Translations under genes and position numbers: made by a program
Notes under the pieces: model-generated
Seen by the model: only the letters and a program-made list of their open reading frames with translations
What the model was told of the DNA's origin: nothing
Databases searched by the model: none
In this document: in pieces, positions 36,874-45,382 of the stretch
Layout of the letters: each line of letters begins with the position of its first letter
How positions within the stretch are numbered: the stretch's first letter is position 1
Virus record (IMG/VR): IMGVR_UViG_3300035698_013326
Coordinates: 84 to 64,083 of that record
From: a virus
Taxonomy: Duplodnaviria > Caudoviricetes
Strand: one strand, 5' to 3'
Length of the DNA: 64,000 nt

Positions 36874-37158
36874 ATGACAGTTGAAGAGATGTGTGATATA
36901 TTTGAAGATGAGAGAGAATGTGACAAGGAGGATGAGGAAGTGGGACGATCTGATTTGCGTGCTTTGCTCATGTTGGATCAGTTAGTGAGTGACGAAAAAA
37001 GGATGATAAGTCACGTTATGTGTGGGAGAATCTTTTTAGATGTAGATGTAGAGAAACTTGCATCTGTGATTTCTTATGCGCAGATTGTTACACTGGTTCG
37101 AAGTGGTGTGGATGTGAATGTTGAAGATCCAGGATTGAGTATTTCAGTTGAGTTCTGA
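36874..37158 (+). CDS. Hypothetical protein, paralogue 1
   Basis: MTVEE..D.FE...RSD..A...L..LV...IFLDV...LASVI...Q..TLVR.G, shared with the 37261 gene. Confidence 0.7.
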   Translation: MTVEEMCDIFEDERECDKEDEEVGRSDLRALLMLDQLVSDEKRMISHVMCGRIFLDVDVEKLASVISYAQIVTLVRSGVDVNVEDPGLSISVEF

Positions 37159-37260
37159 AGAGGAGAAATAGATGTTCACTAAGATGGAATGGCTTGTCAT
37201 TGGTTTGGCAACTGGCGTGTTTGTGACATCAGCGATTTGTTCTATTATAGGAGTGTTGTG

Positions 37261-37563
37261 ATGACGGTTGAAGAGTTGATTGATTTGTTTGAGAAGATCA
37301 TAGAGGAGCCGTTTGGGGACAACATGTTCAAAAACATTGAGAATCCTCTGCATCCAAGATCGGACATCTGTGCGTTTATGTTACTCCATGATTTGGTGGG
37401 TGGCACTGGTGACATGGTGGTCGCTGCGGAGCATGATGAGATCTTCCTGGATGTGGAGCTAGGGGATTTGGCTTCGGTCATTACTCCGGATCAGGTTCGT
37501 ACTCTGGTTCGATGTGGACTTCATGTGGATGAGGACCACGAAGGACTGTCAATGTTTGTATAG
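37261..37563 (+). CDS. Hypothetical protein, paralogue 2
   Basis: Same family as the 36874 gene; AGGAG RBS. Confidence 0.75.
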   Translation: MTVEELIDLFEKIIEEPFGDNMFKNIENPLHPRSDICAFMLLHDLVGGTGDMVVAAEHDEIFLDVELGDLASVITPDQVRTLVRCGLHVDEDHEGLSMFV

Positions 37564-37571
37564 GGGGTGAC

Positions 37572-37760
37572 ATGATTACAGATAAAGAACGACTTGATTG
37601 GTTGCAGAAGCAGTTGGACAAGGCATCATATACAGGAAGATGTGTTTTTCGTTGGTCTACAACGGATAGGGGATTTCGTCTCCATGAAACGAGTTTTCCA
37701 GGAGCCGTATCGAGTGTGAGACAAGCGATTGATGATGGAATGAAACAAATGGGGGCATAG
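37572..37760 (+). CDS. Small hypothetical protein
   Basis: TDKERLDWL...R.AID motif; its stop lies inside tRNA-Lys(TTT). Confidence 0.7.
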   Translation: MITDKERLDWLQKQLDKASYTGRCVFRWSTTDRGFRLHETSFPGAVSSVRQAIDDGMKQMGA

Positions 37761-37824
37761 CTCAGATGCGCAGAGCAACCGGCTTTTACCCGGTATGTCG
37801 CAGGTTCGAGTCCTGCTGCCCCCA
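37751..37824 (+). tRNA. tRNA-Lys(TTT)
   Basis: ACCGG-CTTTTAC-CCGGT; D-loop lacks GG. Confidence 0.87.
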
Positions 37825-37827
37825 CAT

Positions 37828-37900
37828 GCTGGTGTAGCTCAATTGGAAGAGCGCTCGCCTTGTAAGCGAGGGGTTGTGGGTTCGACTCCCTCTACCAGCT
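37828..37900 (+). tRNA. tRNA-Thr(TGT)
   Basis: CTCGC-CTTGTAA-GCGAG. Confidence 0.92.
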
Positions 37901-37904
37901 TTGC

Positions 37905-37976
37905 AGACCTGTGGTGTAATTGGTAGCACCTGGGACTCTGAATCCCACAGTCTACGTTCAAGTCGTAGCAGGTCTA
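37905..37976 (+). tRNA. tRNA-Gln(CTG)
   Basis: TGGGA-CTCTGAA-TCCCA. Confidence 0.88.
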
Positions 37977-37981
37977 TTGCT

Positions 37982-38053
37982 GGACCCGTAGTGTAACGGT
38001 CAGCACCGGAGGTTTTGATCCTCCTAGTTTTGGTTCGACTCCAGACGGGTTCA
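37982..38053 (+). tRNA. tRNA-Gln(TTG)
   Basis: GGAGG-TTTTGAT-CCTCC. Confidence 0.88.
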
Positions 38054-38064
38054 TTGGAGATGAG

Positions 38065-38376
38065 ATGACGACAGATAAAAACAGAGTTGATTTCTTGCAG
38101 TCACGTGCGGCTGAGGGTGATTCACCAGAGATCATACCGTGGGGAGACGTGCGAGAACAGATTGATAGAGAGATGGCAGAGGTTGGTTACATGGACTTCC
38201 CGGAGTACTATTGTGATTGTGGCTTTGGGTTTGATTGTCTTGATTGTGAGGGCGCACTTGAGTGCATCCGTTCAACTCCACAGCAGTGGAATCCTGGTGG
38301 TCAGAGTTACTCGTGGACATCGTATTACAGGTGTCCTGAGTGTGGATGTGAAATCGAAATTGAAGAGGGTGACTGA
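38065..38376 (+). CDS. Acidic Zn-ribbon hypothetical protein
   Basis: CLDC and CPEC pairs. Confidence 0.65.
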   Translation: MTTDKNRVDFLQSRAAEGDSPEIIPWGDVREQIDREMAEVGYMDFPEYYCDCGFGFDCLDCEGALECIRSTPQQWNPGGQSYSWTSYYRCPECGCEIEIEEGD

Positions 38377-39299
38377 TGCAGAAGCCAATGTTAGCGAATA
38401 AGTACGAGGACAAGAAGGCTGAGTTTCCTTGCTTTGTCCAACCGAAGTTTGATGGTGTCCGTTGTATGTTTGATGGTGAAGATGCATGGACACGAAACCA
38501 GAAGCCACACAAGCCACATATCGTGGACATGTTGAAGGCACTTCATCCGATTCTCCCTGAGGGGATGGTGTTGGATGGTGAGCTGATTCTTCCCAAGCCG
38601 TGGACATTCCAGAAAACTGTATCGGTGGTCAAGAAGTACTACCCAGCTAAGGTTGATCTTACACCATTGTCACAGGAGATATCTGATAAATGGAAGCGAG
38701 AGATAGCTGACAGGTGGAAAGATGAGGATGATGATGCATTCTACACACATAAACCAGAGGATGATCTATATGTCTCCAGCGACCTGCTGCGATACCATGT
38801 GTACGACTGCTACTTCCCAGATCAGCCTGAGTTGACATTCGCAGGACGTATGGAGCGGGTTCGACGTGCAGTGTGTGAGGATGCAGTAGGGGCTGTGATG
38901 ATCTATGCGCCTAAGGATTTGTGGGAGTGGTTGGATACGTATATTGATCAGGGCTATGAGGGTCTGATTTATCGCAATCCGAAGGGTGTGTACAAGCATG
39001 GTCGGAGTGGGAGAGATCTTCTGAAGCTGAAGAAGTTTTTGGATGATGAGTATCAGATCGTGGGAGCCATTGAGGGTAAGGGTAAGGACAAGGGCACTCC
39101 AATTTGGGTGTGTCGAGTGTCTGCAACAGATGCGAGAACATTCAAGGCTCGTCCTATGGGAACCTACAAGTGGCGCAGAGAAGCGTGGGTAGATCGTCTG
39201 AGTTACTATGGTAGGATGCTCACAGTCAAGTACCAGGAGTTGACCGATGATGGCATTCCGAGATTCCCGATTGGTGTTTCGGTGAGAGACTACGAATAG
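38376..39299 (+). CDS. ATP-dependent DNA ligase
   Basis: KPMLA, QPKFDGVRC, LDGEL, GYEGL..R, LLKLK, TVKYQELT..GIPRFP. Confidence 0.95.
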   Translation: MQKPMLANKYEDKKAEFPCFVQPKFDGVRCMFDGEDAWTRNQKPHKPHIVDMLKALHPILPEGMVLDGELILPKPWTFQKTVSVVKKYYPAKVDLTPLSQEISDKWKREIADRWKDEDDDAFYTHKPEDDLYVSSDLLRYHVYDCYFPDQPELTFAGRMERVRRAVCEDAVGAVMIYAPKDLWEWLDTYIDQGYEGLIYRNPKGVYKHGRSGRDLLKLKKFLDDEYQIVGAIEGKGKDKGTPIWVCRVSATDARTFKARPMGTYKWRREAWVDRLSYYGRMLTVKYQELTDDGIPRFPIGVSVRDYE

Positions 39300-39305
39300 A
39301 GTACT

Positions 39306-39379
39306 GGGATCATAGCTCAAATGGATAGAGCGGCAGCCTCCTAAGCTGCATGTTGAGGGTTCGAGTCCTTCTGGTCCCA
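39306..39379 (+). tRNA. tRNA-Arg(CCT)
   Basis: GCAGC-CTCCTAA-GCTGC. Confidence 0.92.
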
Positions 39380-39398
39380 ATTTTTTGTCATTTCTTTT

Positions 39399-39426
39399 TT
39401 GTACATTCCCAAATATGTTGTATACT
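39399..39426 (+). promoter_or_regulatory. Promoter TTGTAC-N16-TATACT
   Basis: Matches the recurring motif. Confidence 0.65.
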
Positions 39427-39466
39427 ATAAGTGTAGCTATAGTGATCCTTTTTGGAGATGTAGACA

Positions 39467-39868
39467 ATGACCACCAAACAGAAGCGCGTCAGAGTGGAGC
39501 AGATTGAAAAGCAGCTGAATGTGTTGGCTGAGCGACAGGAAGATCTTACAAGAAATCAAAAGAAAATGGTAAAGCTCATCGACAAGCTGTTTAAGAGGCA
39601 TCCCACGGCGGCGAAGCAGCGTGCTATCATTCAGCAGACCATTGACGTTTATGTGGAGCAGGTTGCTACTCAGGTTCAGACTGTCAAGGATGCAGCCTTG
39701 GTGCTCAAAGAGACCGTCAATGGTGAGGATCTTCAGGCTGTCTATTCGCAGGGCAAGACGTCCTGGATTACGGATCAGCTTCTGGGCTATGCCAAAACGC
39801 ACAAGGTTATCTTGGAGATGAAGAAGCAGGGTGATCCTTCCATCTCGATTCGAAAGGTCAAGAAGTGA
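39467..39868 (+). CDS. Coiled-coil hypothetical protein
   Basis: 133 aa with GGAG RBS, first gene after the promoter. Confidence 0.7.
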   Translation: MTTKQKRVRVEQIEKQLNVLAERQEDLTRNQKKMVKLIDKLFKRHPTAAKQRAIIQQTIDVYVEQVATQVQTVKDAALVLKETVNGEDLQAVYSQGKTSWITDQLLGYAKTHKVILEMKKQGDPSISIRKVKK

Positions 39869-40012
39869 AACGAATGGCTCCAGAACATAGGGTATCAGTG
39901 GTAGATGCCATGTTGGCAAAGCTGGAGCGTGATTGGCTTTGTCATCATGGTGTGTGGAATCGAGATAAGCTTTTTGTGGAGTTGGAGCGGAAATTGAAAG
40001 AAAGGCGACGGA

Positions 40013-40294
40013 ATGGGAAAGCGTAAGAAGAAGGCAACAAAGAAAGTGACCAGGAAGGCTCCGGCTCCAGTTTTGACTTCGGCCCCAGCTTCGGCATCCA
40101 AGTTGAAGGAGAAGACAAGTATAGATCCGCGATGTAAGCAGATCCGTCATATTCTAAGTGTAATTGGCAAGCAGGTAACTGAAGCTGAGGATGCGACCAA
40201 ATACAAGAAACAAGAGCATCTGAATGCTGCTCTTGTGGCCAGTGAAACACTATGGCAGGAATTGAGAGCATTATTAGGAGAAATCGGATGTTGA
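40013..40294 (+). CDS. Basic hypothetical protein
   Basis: Lys-rich N-terminus; in operon. Confidence 0.6.
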   Translation: MGKRKKKATKKVTRKAPAPVLTSAPASASKLKEKTSIDPRCKQIRHILSVIGKQVTEAEDATKYKKQEHLNAALVASETLWQELRALLGEIGC

Positions 40295-40623
40295 ACGAGC
40301 TACAAAAGAGCATTGAAGTTGAACGGAAACACATCACTTTCCTTGAGGATACTCCAGTCGCTGCTACGCGCGGCCAGCGTGAGGCGACATTGGCAGTGGC
40401 ACGGTCCAACCTGCTGGTGGCTCAGGCCATTGCAGGACAGACAGATCTCATGGAGCAGATTGCTTATTGCTGTAATAACGATCATTGGGATCAACGCGAG
40501 GAGAATTGACATGTTGCGATTCCTGGAAGGTGTGTTGGTTGGAGCACTTTTATACCATATTGGATGGGATGTGGTTAGTAGTGTAATCGAAACGGGTGTG
40601 ACATTTGCAAAGGGGTTGTTTTG

Positions 40624-41538
40624 ATGCATAAAGCACTGAATGTGATGTGGGATGTGACGCATAAAGTGTGCGACAATGACGAGCACGTGTGGCTTGAGAT
40701 GCGGGGCAGGCATTGGGATTTGGCTGTTGATCAGCTATGCCAATTCAACTTGGAGAGTCCAAGTGGGAATCAGCCATATCCGGAGGGCGTGACAAATCTC
40801 ACGGAGTTCCTGGTGTTTTGTCTGGTGACAAATTCCATCAACTATTGCTATTGGTATGGCTGGGATGAAATTCGCCCCAATGGATCTGGCTACAAAGTTG
40901 TGGCTGATGTGGTTGCGAAGGCGATAAAGGCATGTCCAGGCTATAATGGGGTGGAGGATCTGTTCCCTGCGGTAGTATCGAAGGTGAAGTGGGGTATTCG
41001 ATTCAAGCGACTTCCAATGTTGGAGGAGCGTTTGCGACATTTGGAGGAGCTGATTGGACCGCGCACCAATTTGCGACAAGTACACAATGAGATGCAGACA
41101 GGTGATCCATTGGAAATGACCGTGGCACTGAGCATGCTGGAGGCATACTTTCCAGGCTATGTGTCGGACATTTTTCTGAAGCGAGCGAGTCTGTTCCTCT
41201 TGGAACTGTATCGAAGTCGGAATCTATTTGGCCGTCCGGACCTTTTCATGGGTGAAATAGGTCATTTGCCGGTTCCAATAGACTATCATATTCCGAATGT
41301 ACTTCAGGCGATGGAGTTACTATGTTACGTGCCGACTTTGAAGAGCAAAATACAAGCACATGAACTAATTCCGAAGGGATCGCGGTGGGAAGTGGAGATT
41401 CGGGCTCAATCGGCCCTTGTTTGTCGGAAATTGGCGGCAAAAGTACGATGTTCTGCGGCTGAAGTGGACACATGGCTCTATTTGCAGAGAAAAAAGGTCA
41501 ATACGCCGTTCCACTTGACAATTACAACTGATTATTGA
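40624..41538 (+). CDS. Queuosine salvage protein (DUF2419/Qng1-like)
   Basis: SINYCYW, EER...L, FLKRA.L, L....DYHIP.VL....LL.Y, EVEIRA, D.WL. Confidence 0.8.
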   Translation: MHKALNVMWDVTHKVCDNDEHVWLEMRGRHWDLAVDQLCQFNLESPSGNQPYPEGVTNLTEFLVFCLVTNSINYCYWYGWDEIRPNGSGYKVVADVVAKAIKACPGYNGVEDLFPAVVSKVKWGIRFKRLPMLEERLRHLEELIGPRTNLRQVHNEMQTGDPLEMTVALSMLEAYFPGYVSDIFLKRASLFLLELYRSRNLFGRPDLFMGEIGHLPVPIDYHIPNVLQAMELLCYVPTLKSKIQAHELIPKGSRWEVEIRAQSALVCRKLAAKVRCSAAEVDTWLYLQRKKVNTPFHLTITTDY

Positions 41539-41545
41539 GGGAATC

Positions 41546-41824
41546 ATGGATAAACAGCAAATAATCGACTTAATGGCGAATCGTGATTACGCCTTATACA
41601 CTGATACCGGAGGTCCAATCATATTTTTTCGACATATGAAGTGGACAAAGCTTTCAGCGCAGGTGAACTTGGATAGGGAGGTGATTCAGTTCAGATTCCT
41701 AACTCAAGTGGGCGTATTGTTGACTGTGGAGTCACAGGGTATGCTCATTGAGGAAGCAAGGACAGTTCGGCGAAATGAGGCGGCTATGATCAGAGCCATG
41801 ATCAATTTGAGGGTGGGAAAATGA
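41546..41824 (+). CDS. Hypothetical protein
   Basis: 92 aa with GAGG RBS. Confidence 0.6.
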   Translation: MDKQQIIDLMANRDYALYTDTGGPIIFFRHMKWTKLSAQVNLDREVIQFRFLTQVGVLLTVESQGMLIEEARTVRRNEAAMIRAMINLRVGK

Positions 41825-42138
41825 GAACATTACTGATTGACGACGTGCGCACAATGGAGGCAGATGCTATCGTTCGGAGTGCAGAGTTGGCGAAGGCCAT
41901 ACTGGGTGGTCCTCTGCATTTCGATGTGGTCTACCTGGATCATGATTTGGGGCCGGGAGAGGTTGGTTTGGATGTGCTGCGGTGGATCTTCAGGGCGAAC
42001 ATTCGGCCTACGTCTATCATACTCATAACAAGGAATCCGGTAGGACTCGCTAATATGAAGGCCGAGTTGATGGCTAATGATTATACTCTTGCTCATGATG
42101 GTACGGGTGCTTGGGTTGATAGATTCAAAGGGGAATGA
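41821..42138 (+). CDS. Cyclic-phosphate-processing receiver-domain protein (cREC-like)
   Basis: LLIDD.R, LDHDLG, G..VL.W, T.NPVG...M. Confidence 0.8.
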   Translation: MRTLLIDDVRTMEADAIVRSAELAKAILGGPLHFDVVYLDHDLGPGEVGLDVLRWIFRANIRPTSIILITRNPVGLANMKAELMANDYTLAHDGTGAWVDRFKGE

Positions 42139-42452
42139 ACATGAATATTGCACAGCACAATGTGACGAAGACTCTTAATGGTTTTCTTCGTGGGACAGGT
42201 CTTCACGAAATGACTGAATATGAAGCTGGGGTGATGATCCTCTATTTCTTAGAGCGCCATAGGGAGTTGGAGCACGAGTACTTGCTTTCGACGGCTGAGA
42301 AATTTCGGCTCATGCCAGCAACCTATCTTCGGAATCTGTTGATGGTGACAAACATTCTTATGTCGGAGATTCTGGATCTGTTGTTCATGATGCGGGGTGT
42401 GGAAAGTATCTACTGCTTGAAGAGGAGAAATTATCATGAGGACAGAAAATGA
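42135..42452 (+). CDS. Hypothetical protein
   Basis: 105 aa, in operon. Confidence 0.55.
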   Translation: MNMNIAQHNVTKTLNGFLRGTGLHEMTEYEAGVMILYFLERHRELEHEYLLSTAEKFRLMPATYLRNLLMVTNILMSEILDLLFMMRGVESIYCLKRRNYHEDRK

Positions 42453-42612
42453 GATCAGAGAGAAGGTGGTACAATTCGATCAGGGGATTGTCCTAATGAA
42501 GAATTGGATTATCAACAATAAGGGCAATCCCCTTGTGTGGGATTGTCGCTGTCGAATTGTTCAGTTGGAGAAATCACGAAACCAGCTGCTGTGGGTTTTG
42601 AGAGAAAATTGA
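42436..42612 (+). CDS. Small hypothetical protein (58 aa, not in ORF track)
   Basis: AGGAG RBS; MRTENEIREKV...LLWVLREN. Confidence 0.55.
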   Translation: MRTENEIREKVVQFDQGIVLMKNWIINNKGNPLVWDCRCRIVQLEKSRNQLLWVLREN

Positions 42613-42613
42613 T

Positions 42614-42641
42614 TTGCACTTGCTCCAAAGTGTGATATACT
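42614..42641 (+). promoter_or_regulatory. Promoter TTGCAC-N16-TATACT upstream of rtcB
   Basis: Matches the recurring motif. Confidence 0.7.
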
Positions 42642-42728
42642 TTGGGTAGAAGATATTGGGTCCGTCGAGCGGTGGGTGAGCCTTTTTCCTTTTTCCTTTC
42701 AGGGCTCACCCACCAGTAGGAGAATGAG

Positions 42729-43943
42729 ATGAGAGTTGAGAACCACAAAGATATGTTGCCGATCAAGATGTGGCTGGATGATATTGAGCCTTCAGCCATG
42801 CAACAATTGTACAACTTGGCGCAGCTTCCGTTTGCGTATAAGTGGATTGCGGTCATGCCTGACTGCCACATGGGCTATGGCATGCCAATTGGTGGCGTCA
42901 TGGCTACGAAGGGCGTGGTCATCCCGAATGCCGTGGGCGTGGATATTGGGTGCGGGATGTGTGCGGTCAAGACTTCTTTGATGGCACTGGATGGGGATGA
43001 GGGATATGGGAATGAATATGATTCTCATATCTGGAAGAGGATCATGGGTAAGATTCGATCACGTATCCCAATGGGGCGCAACCATCATCAGCAGATGGTC
43101 CCGACGTTTGATATGCCGGATTGGGATGAGGTTTGTAATACAATCGCCGGCGCTAAAAAATCGATAATACATCAGGAATTCAACAATGCTCGTCACCAGC
43201 TGGGAACGTTGGGTGGTGGAAACCATTTCATCGAAATCCAGAAGGGTTCAGATGGGCATATCTGGATCATGTTGCACTCAGGGTCCAGGAACGTGGGCTA
43301 CAAGGTGGCACAGCACTACAACAAGCTGGCTATAGGTTTGAATGAGAAGTGGCAATCTCAGGTTCCGAAGCACGCGCAGTTGGCTTTCCTGCCTCTGGAT
43401 ACTCAGGAAGGACAGGAGTATCTGGTTGAGATGCAGTGGTGTGTTGATTTTGCATTGGCTAATCGTCACCACATGATGGATGAGATTCAGCGCATCTTTC
43501 GTGAGGAGTTTGGTATCGTCACATTCCCTCAGAGGATCAACATAGCCCATAACTATGCAGCGATGGAGCATCACTATGGGCAGAACGTTATGGTCCATCG
43601 GAAAGGCGCAACGAGAGCGTATAAGGGCGAATTGGGTATCATTCCTGGATCTATGGGGACGAAGTCTTACATTGTGGAGGGCCTGGGAAATCCGGAATCC
43701 TTTATGTCGTGTTCGCATGGGGCCGGAAGGCTCATGTCTAGAACGCGAGCGAAAGAGGAGTTGAACCTGGAAGCCGAGCAGGCTGCAATGGATGCGAAGG
43801 GGATCATTCATGGTCTGCGTGGGAGAGCAAATCTGGATGAGGCTCCAGGTGCTTACAAGAACATTGATACTGTGATGAAGAATCAGACAGATCTTGTGAC
43901 TTCCATAGTGGAGTTGGAACCAATAGCAGCAGCAAAAGGTTGA
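42729..43943 (+). CDS. rtcB: RNA-splicing/repair ligase RtcB
   Basis: MPDCH.G.G.PIGG, VGVDIGCG, LGTLGGGNHF.E, HSGSR, HNY, HRKGAT, PGSMG, SHGAGR, DEAP.AYK. Confidence 0.96.
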   Translation: MRVENHKDMLPIKMWLDDIEPSAMQQLYNLAQLPFAYKWIAVMPDCHMGYGMPIGGVMATKGVVIPNAVGVDIGCGMCAVKTSLMALDGDEGYGNEYDSHIWKRIMGKIRSRIPMGRNHHQQMVPTFDMPDWDEVCNTIAGAKKSIIHQEFNNARHQLGTLGGGNHFIEIQKGSDGHIWIMLHSGSRNVGYKVAQHYNKLAIGLNEKWQSQVPKHAQLAFLPLDTQEGQEYLVEMQWCVDFALANRHHMMDEIQRIFREEFGIVTFPQRINIAHNYAAMEHHYGQNVMVHRKGATRAYKGELGIIPGSMGTKSYIVEGLGNPESFMSCSHGAGRLMSRTRAKEELNLEAEQAAMDAKGIIHGLRGRANLDEAPGAYKNIDTVMKNQTDLVTSIVELEPIAAAKG

Positions 43944-43953
43944 GAGGAGACAG

Positions 43954-44181
43954 ATGAAAACGGCATTGGTGGCATTGTGGTTGGTCGTGGCGGTTGCGAT
44001 ATTCGCCATGTACAGTTCTGCTGGAGAGCAGATGGAGCGTACCGTAGCTGTCCAGCAGGTGGAAGACTCAGAGGCTCCGTATCACGTGGTTCGGAACTTC
44101 CGTAAGGTGAGAGGTGCAGTTGCAGTCACACTGTGTGGCTTGGCTGGCTTCGCAACAATTCGTTTTGGAAAGGGTAAGTAA
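43954..44181 (+). CDS. Small two-TM membrane protein
   Basis: Two hydrophobic segments; coupled to the next gene. Confidence 0.65.
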   Translation: MKTALVALWLVVAVAIFAMYSSAGEQMERTVAVQQVEDSEAPYHVVRNFRKVRGAVAVTLCGLAGFATIRFGKGK

Positions 44182-45230
44182 TGAAGAGGTTCAAAAGTTT
44201 CATCGTGGCAGCATTGATGCTGATCATCGCATTTGGTGTGGGTGGTTGTTGGAAGCCCCCGCGCGTCGATCCCATCGAAGAGATCGGAAACAATGAAACG
44301 GGGTTTGTGGTTTCTTTGGAAGGTGCCAACAAGACGAACCAAGCCAAATTTGGTTCAGTTGCGTATCTGGAAGATTCCAAGGTTGCAACCAAGCGGATCG
44401 TCATTCCGCAGCGGTGGCGCAAGACGGGCCGTTTTGGTTTTCAGGGTGAGTGGATTCCCTCAGTGAAAATCATCACAGTGGATCGTACTCCCGTTACTCG
44501 CCAGTGGACTCCGGACGTAACTACAGGAACATCCAATTCCAATCAATCTATTCAGGTAGAATCGGCTGATTCTGTAGGCTTCAGCGTTGGATTCGGTTGT
44601 ACAGCAATGGTGGAAGAGGCCAATACAGCAACGTTCCTTTATTACTACCCATCTGGTTCATTGGCACGTGTTATGGATTCCGAGATTCGTGAGCGCATTC
44701 AGAGGGTGGCAGCAATCGAATGTGCGAAGGATGATTTGGATCAGCTCCGAGCCAAGAAGAATGAAGTGCAAAAGGCCGTAGAAGATGATGTGGTTGCCTT
44801 CTATGAGAAAGTCGGCGTCTCGATTCGTACTGTCAGCATGTTCGGTGGTTTCCTGTATGAGAATCCGGATATCCAGTCAGCGATTGACAAGGTGTTCGTG
44901 TCTCAGCAGGAGAAGACTGTAGCGAGCGCACTATTGGATGCTCAGGGCGACAAGAACCTGCGATTGGAGCAGGAGGGCGAGGGTGAGGCCAAGAAGGCCA
45001 TTAAGATTGCTGAAGGTGCGGCTCAGGCCCTGCGTTTGGTCAATACGGCTGCGGAAGAAGCTCGTCAGAATCCCCTGTTTTTGGAGTTGAGAAAGCTGGA
45101 AGTCGAGCTGAAGCGGTTGGAAGCATGGGACGGCAAGTATCCTCAGTGGTACATGGGTGGCAGTGGACAGGACTTGGGACTCATTGTGAGCCCACCAAGC
45201 GCGCCATCGGCCTCAGGGGCGTCACGGTAG
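44181..45230 (+). CDS. SPFH/band-7-like lipoprotein
   Basis: Lipobox-like VGGC; C-terminal AEG.A.A coiled coil and WDGKYP. Confidence 0.75.
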   Translation: MKRFKSFIVAALMLIIAFGVGGCWKPPRVDPIEEIGNNETGFVVSLEGANKTNQAKFGSVAYLEDSKVATKRIVIPQRWRKTGRFGFQGEWIPSVKIITVDRTPVTRQWTPDVTTGTSNSNQSIQVESADSVGFSVGFGCTAMVEEANTATFLYYYPSGSLARVMDSEIRERIQRVAAIECAKDDLDQLRAKKNEVQKAVEDDVVAFYEKVGVSIRTVSMFGGFLYENPDIQSAIDKVFVSQQEKTVASALLDAQGDKNLRLEQEGEGEAKKAIKIAEGAAQALRLVNTAAEEARQNPLFLELRKLEVELKRLEAWDGKYPQWYMGGSGQDLGLIVSPPSAPSASGASR

Positions 45231-45382
45231 TCATTTAGTGAGATCGTGGATTACAGAGGCAGCTGGGGGGCCTTAATCGGGCTCCTAGCTCCTCTTATTG
45301 GAGATAAGGGGCAGGTGATGATGATTTACGAGCTGGCAGTGGAAGATGAGGCAAAGAAGCTAGAGCTTCTCGGTGTAATCAT

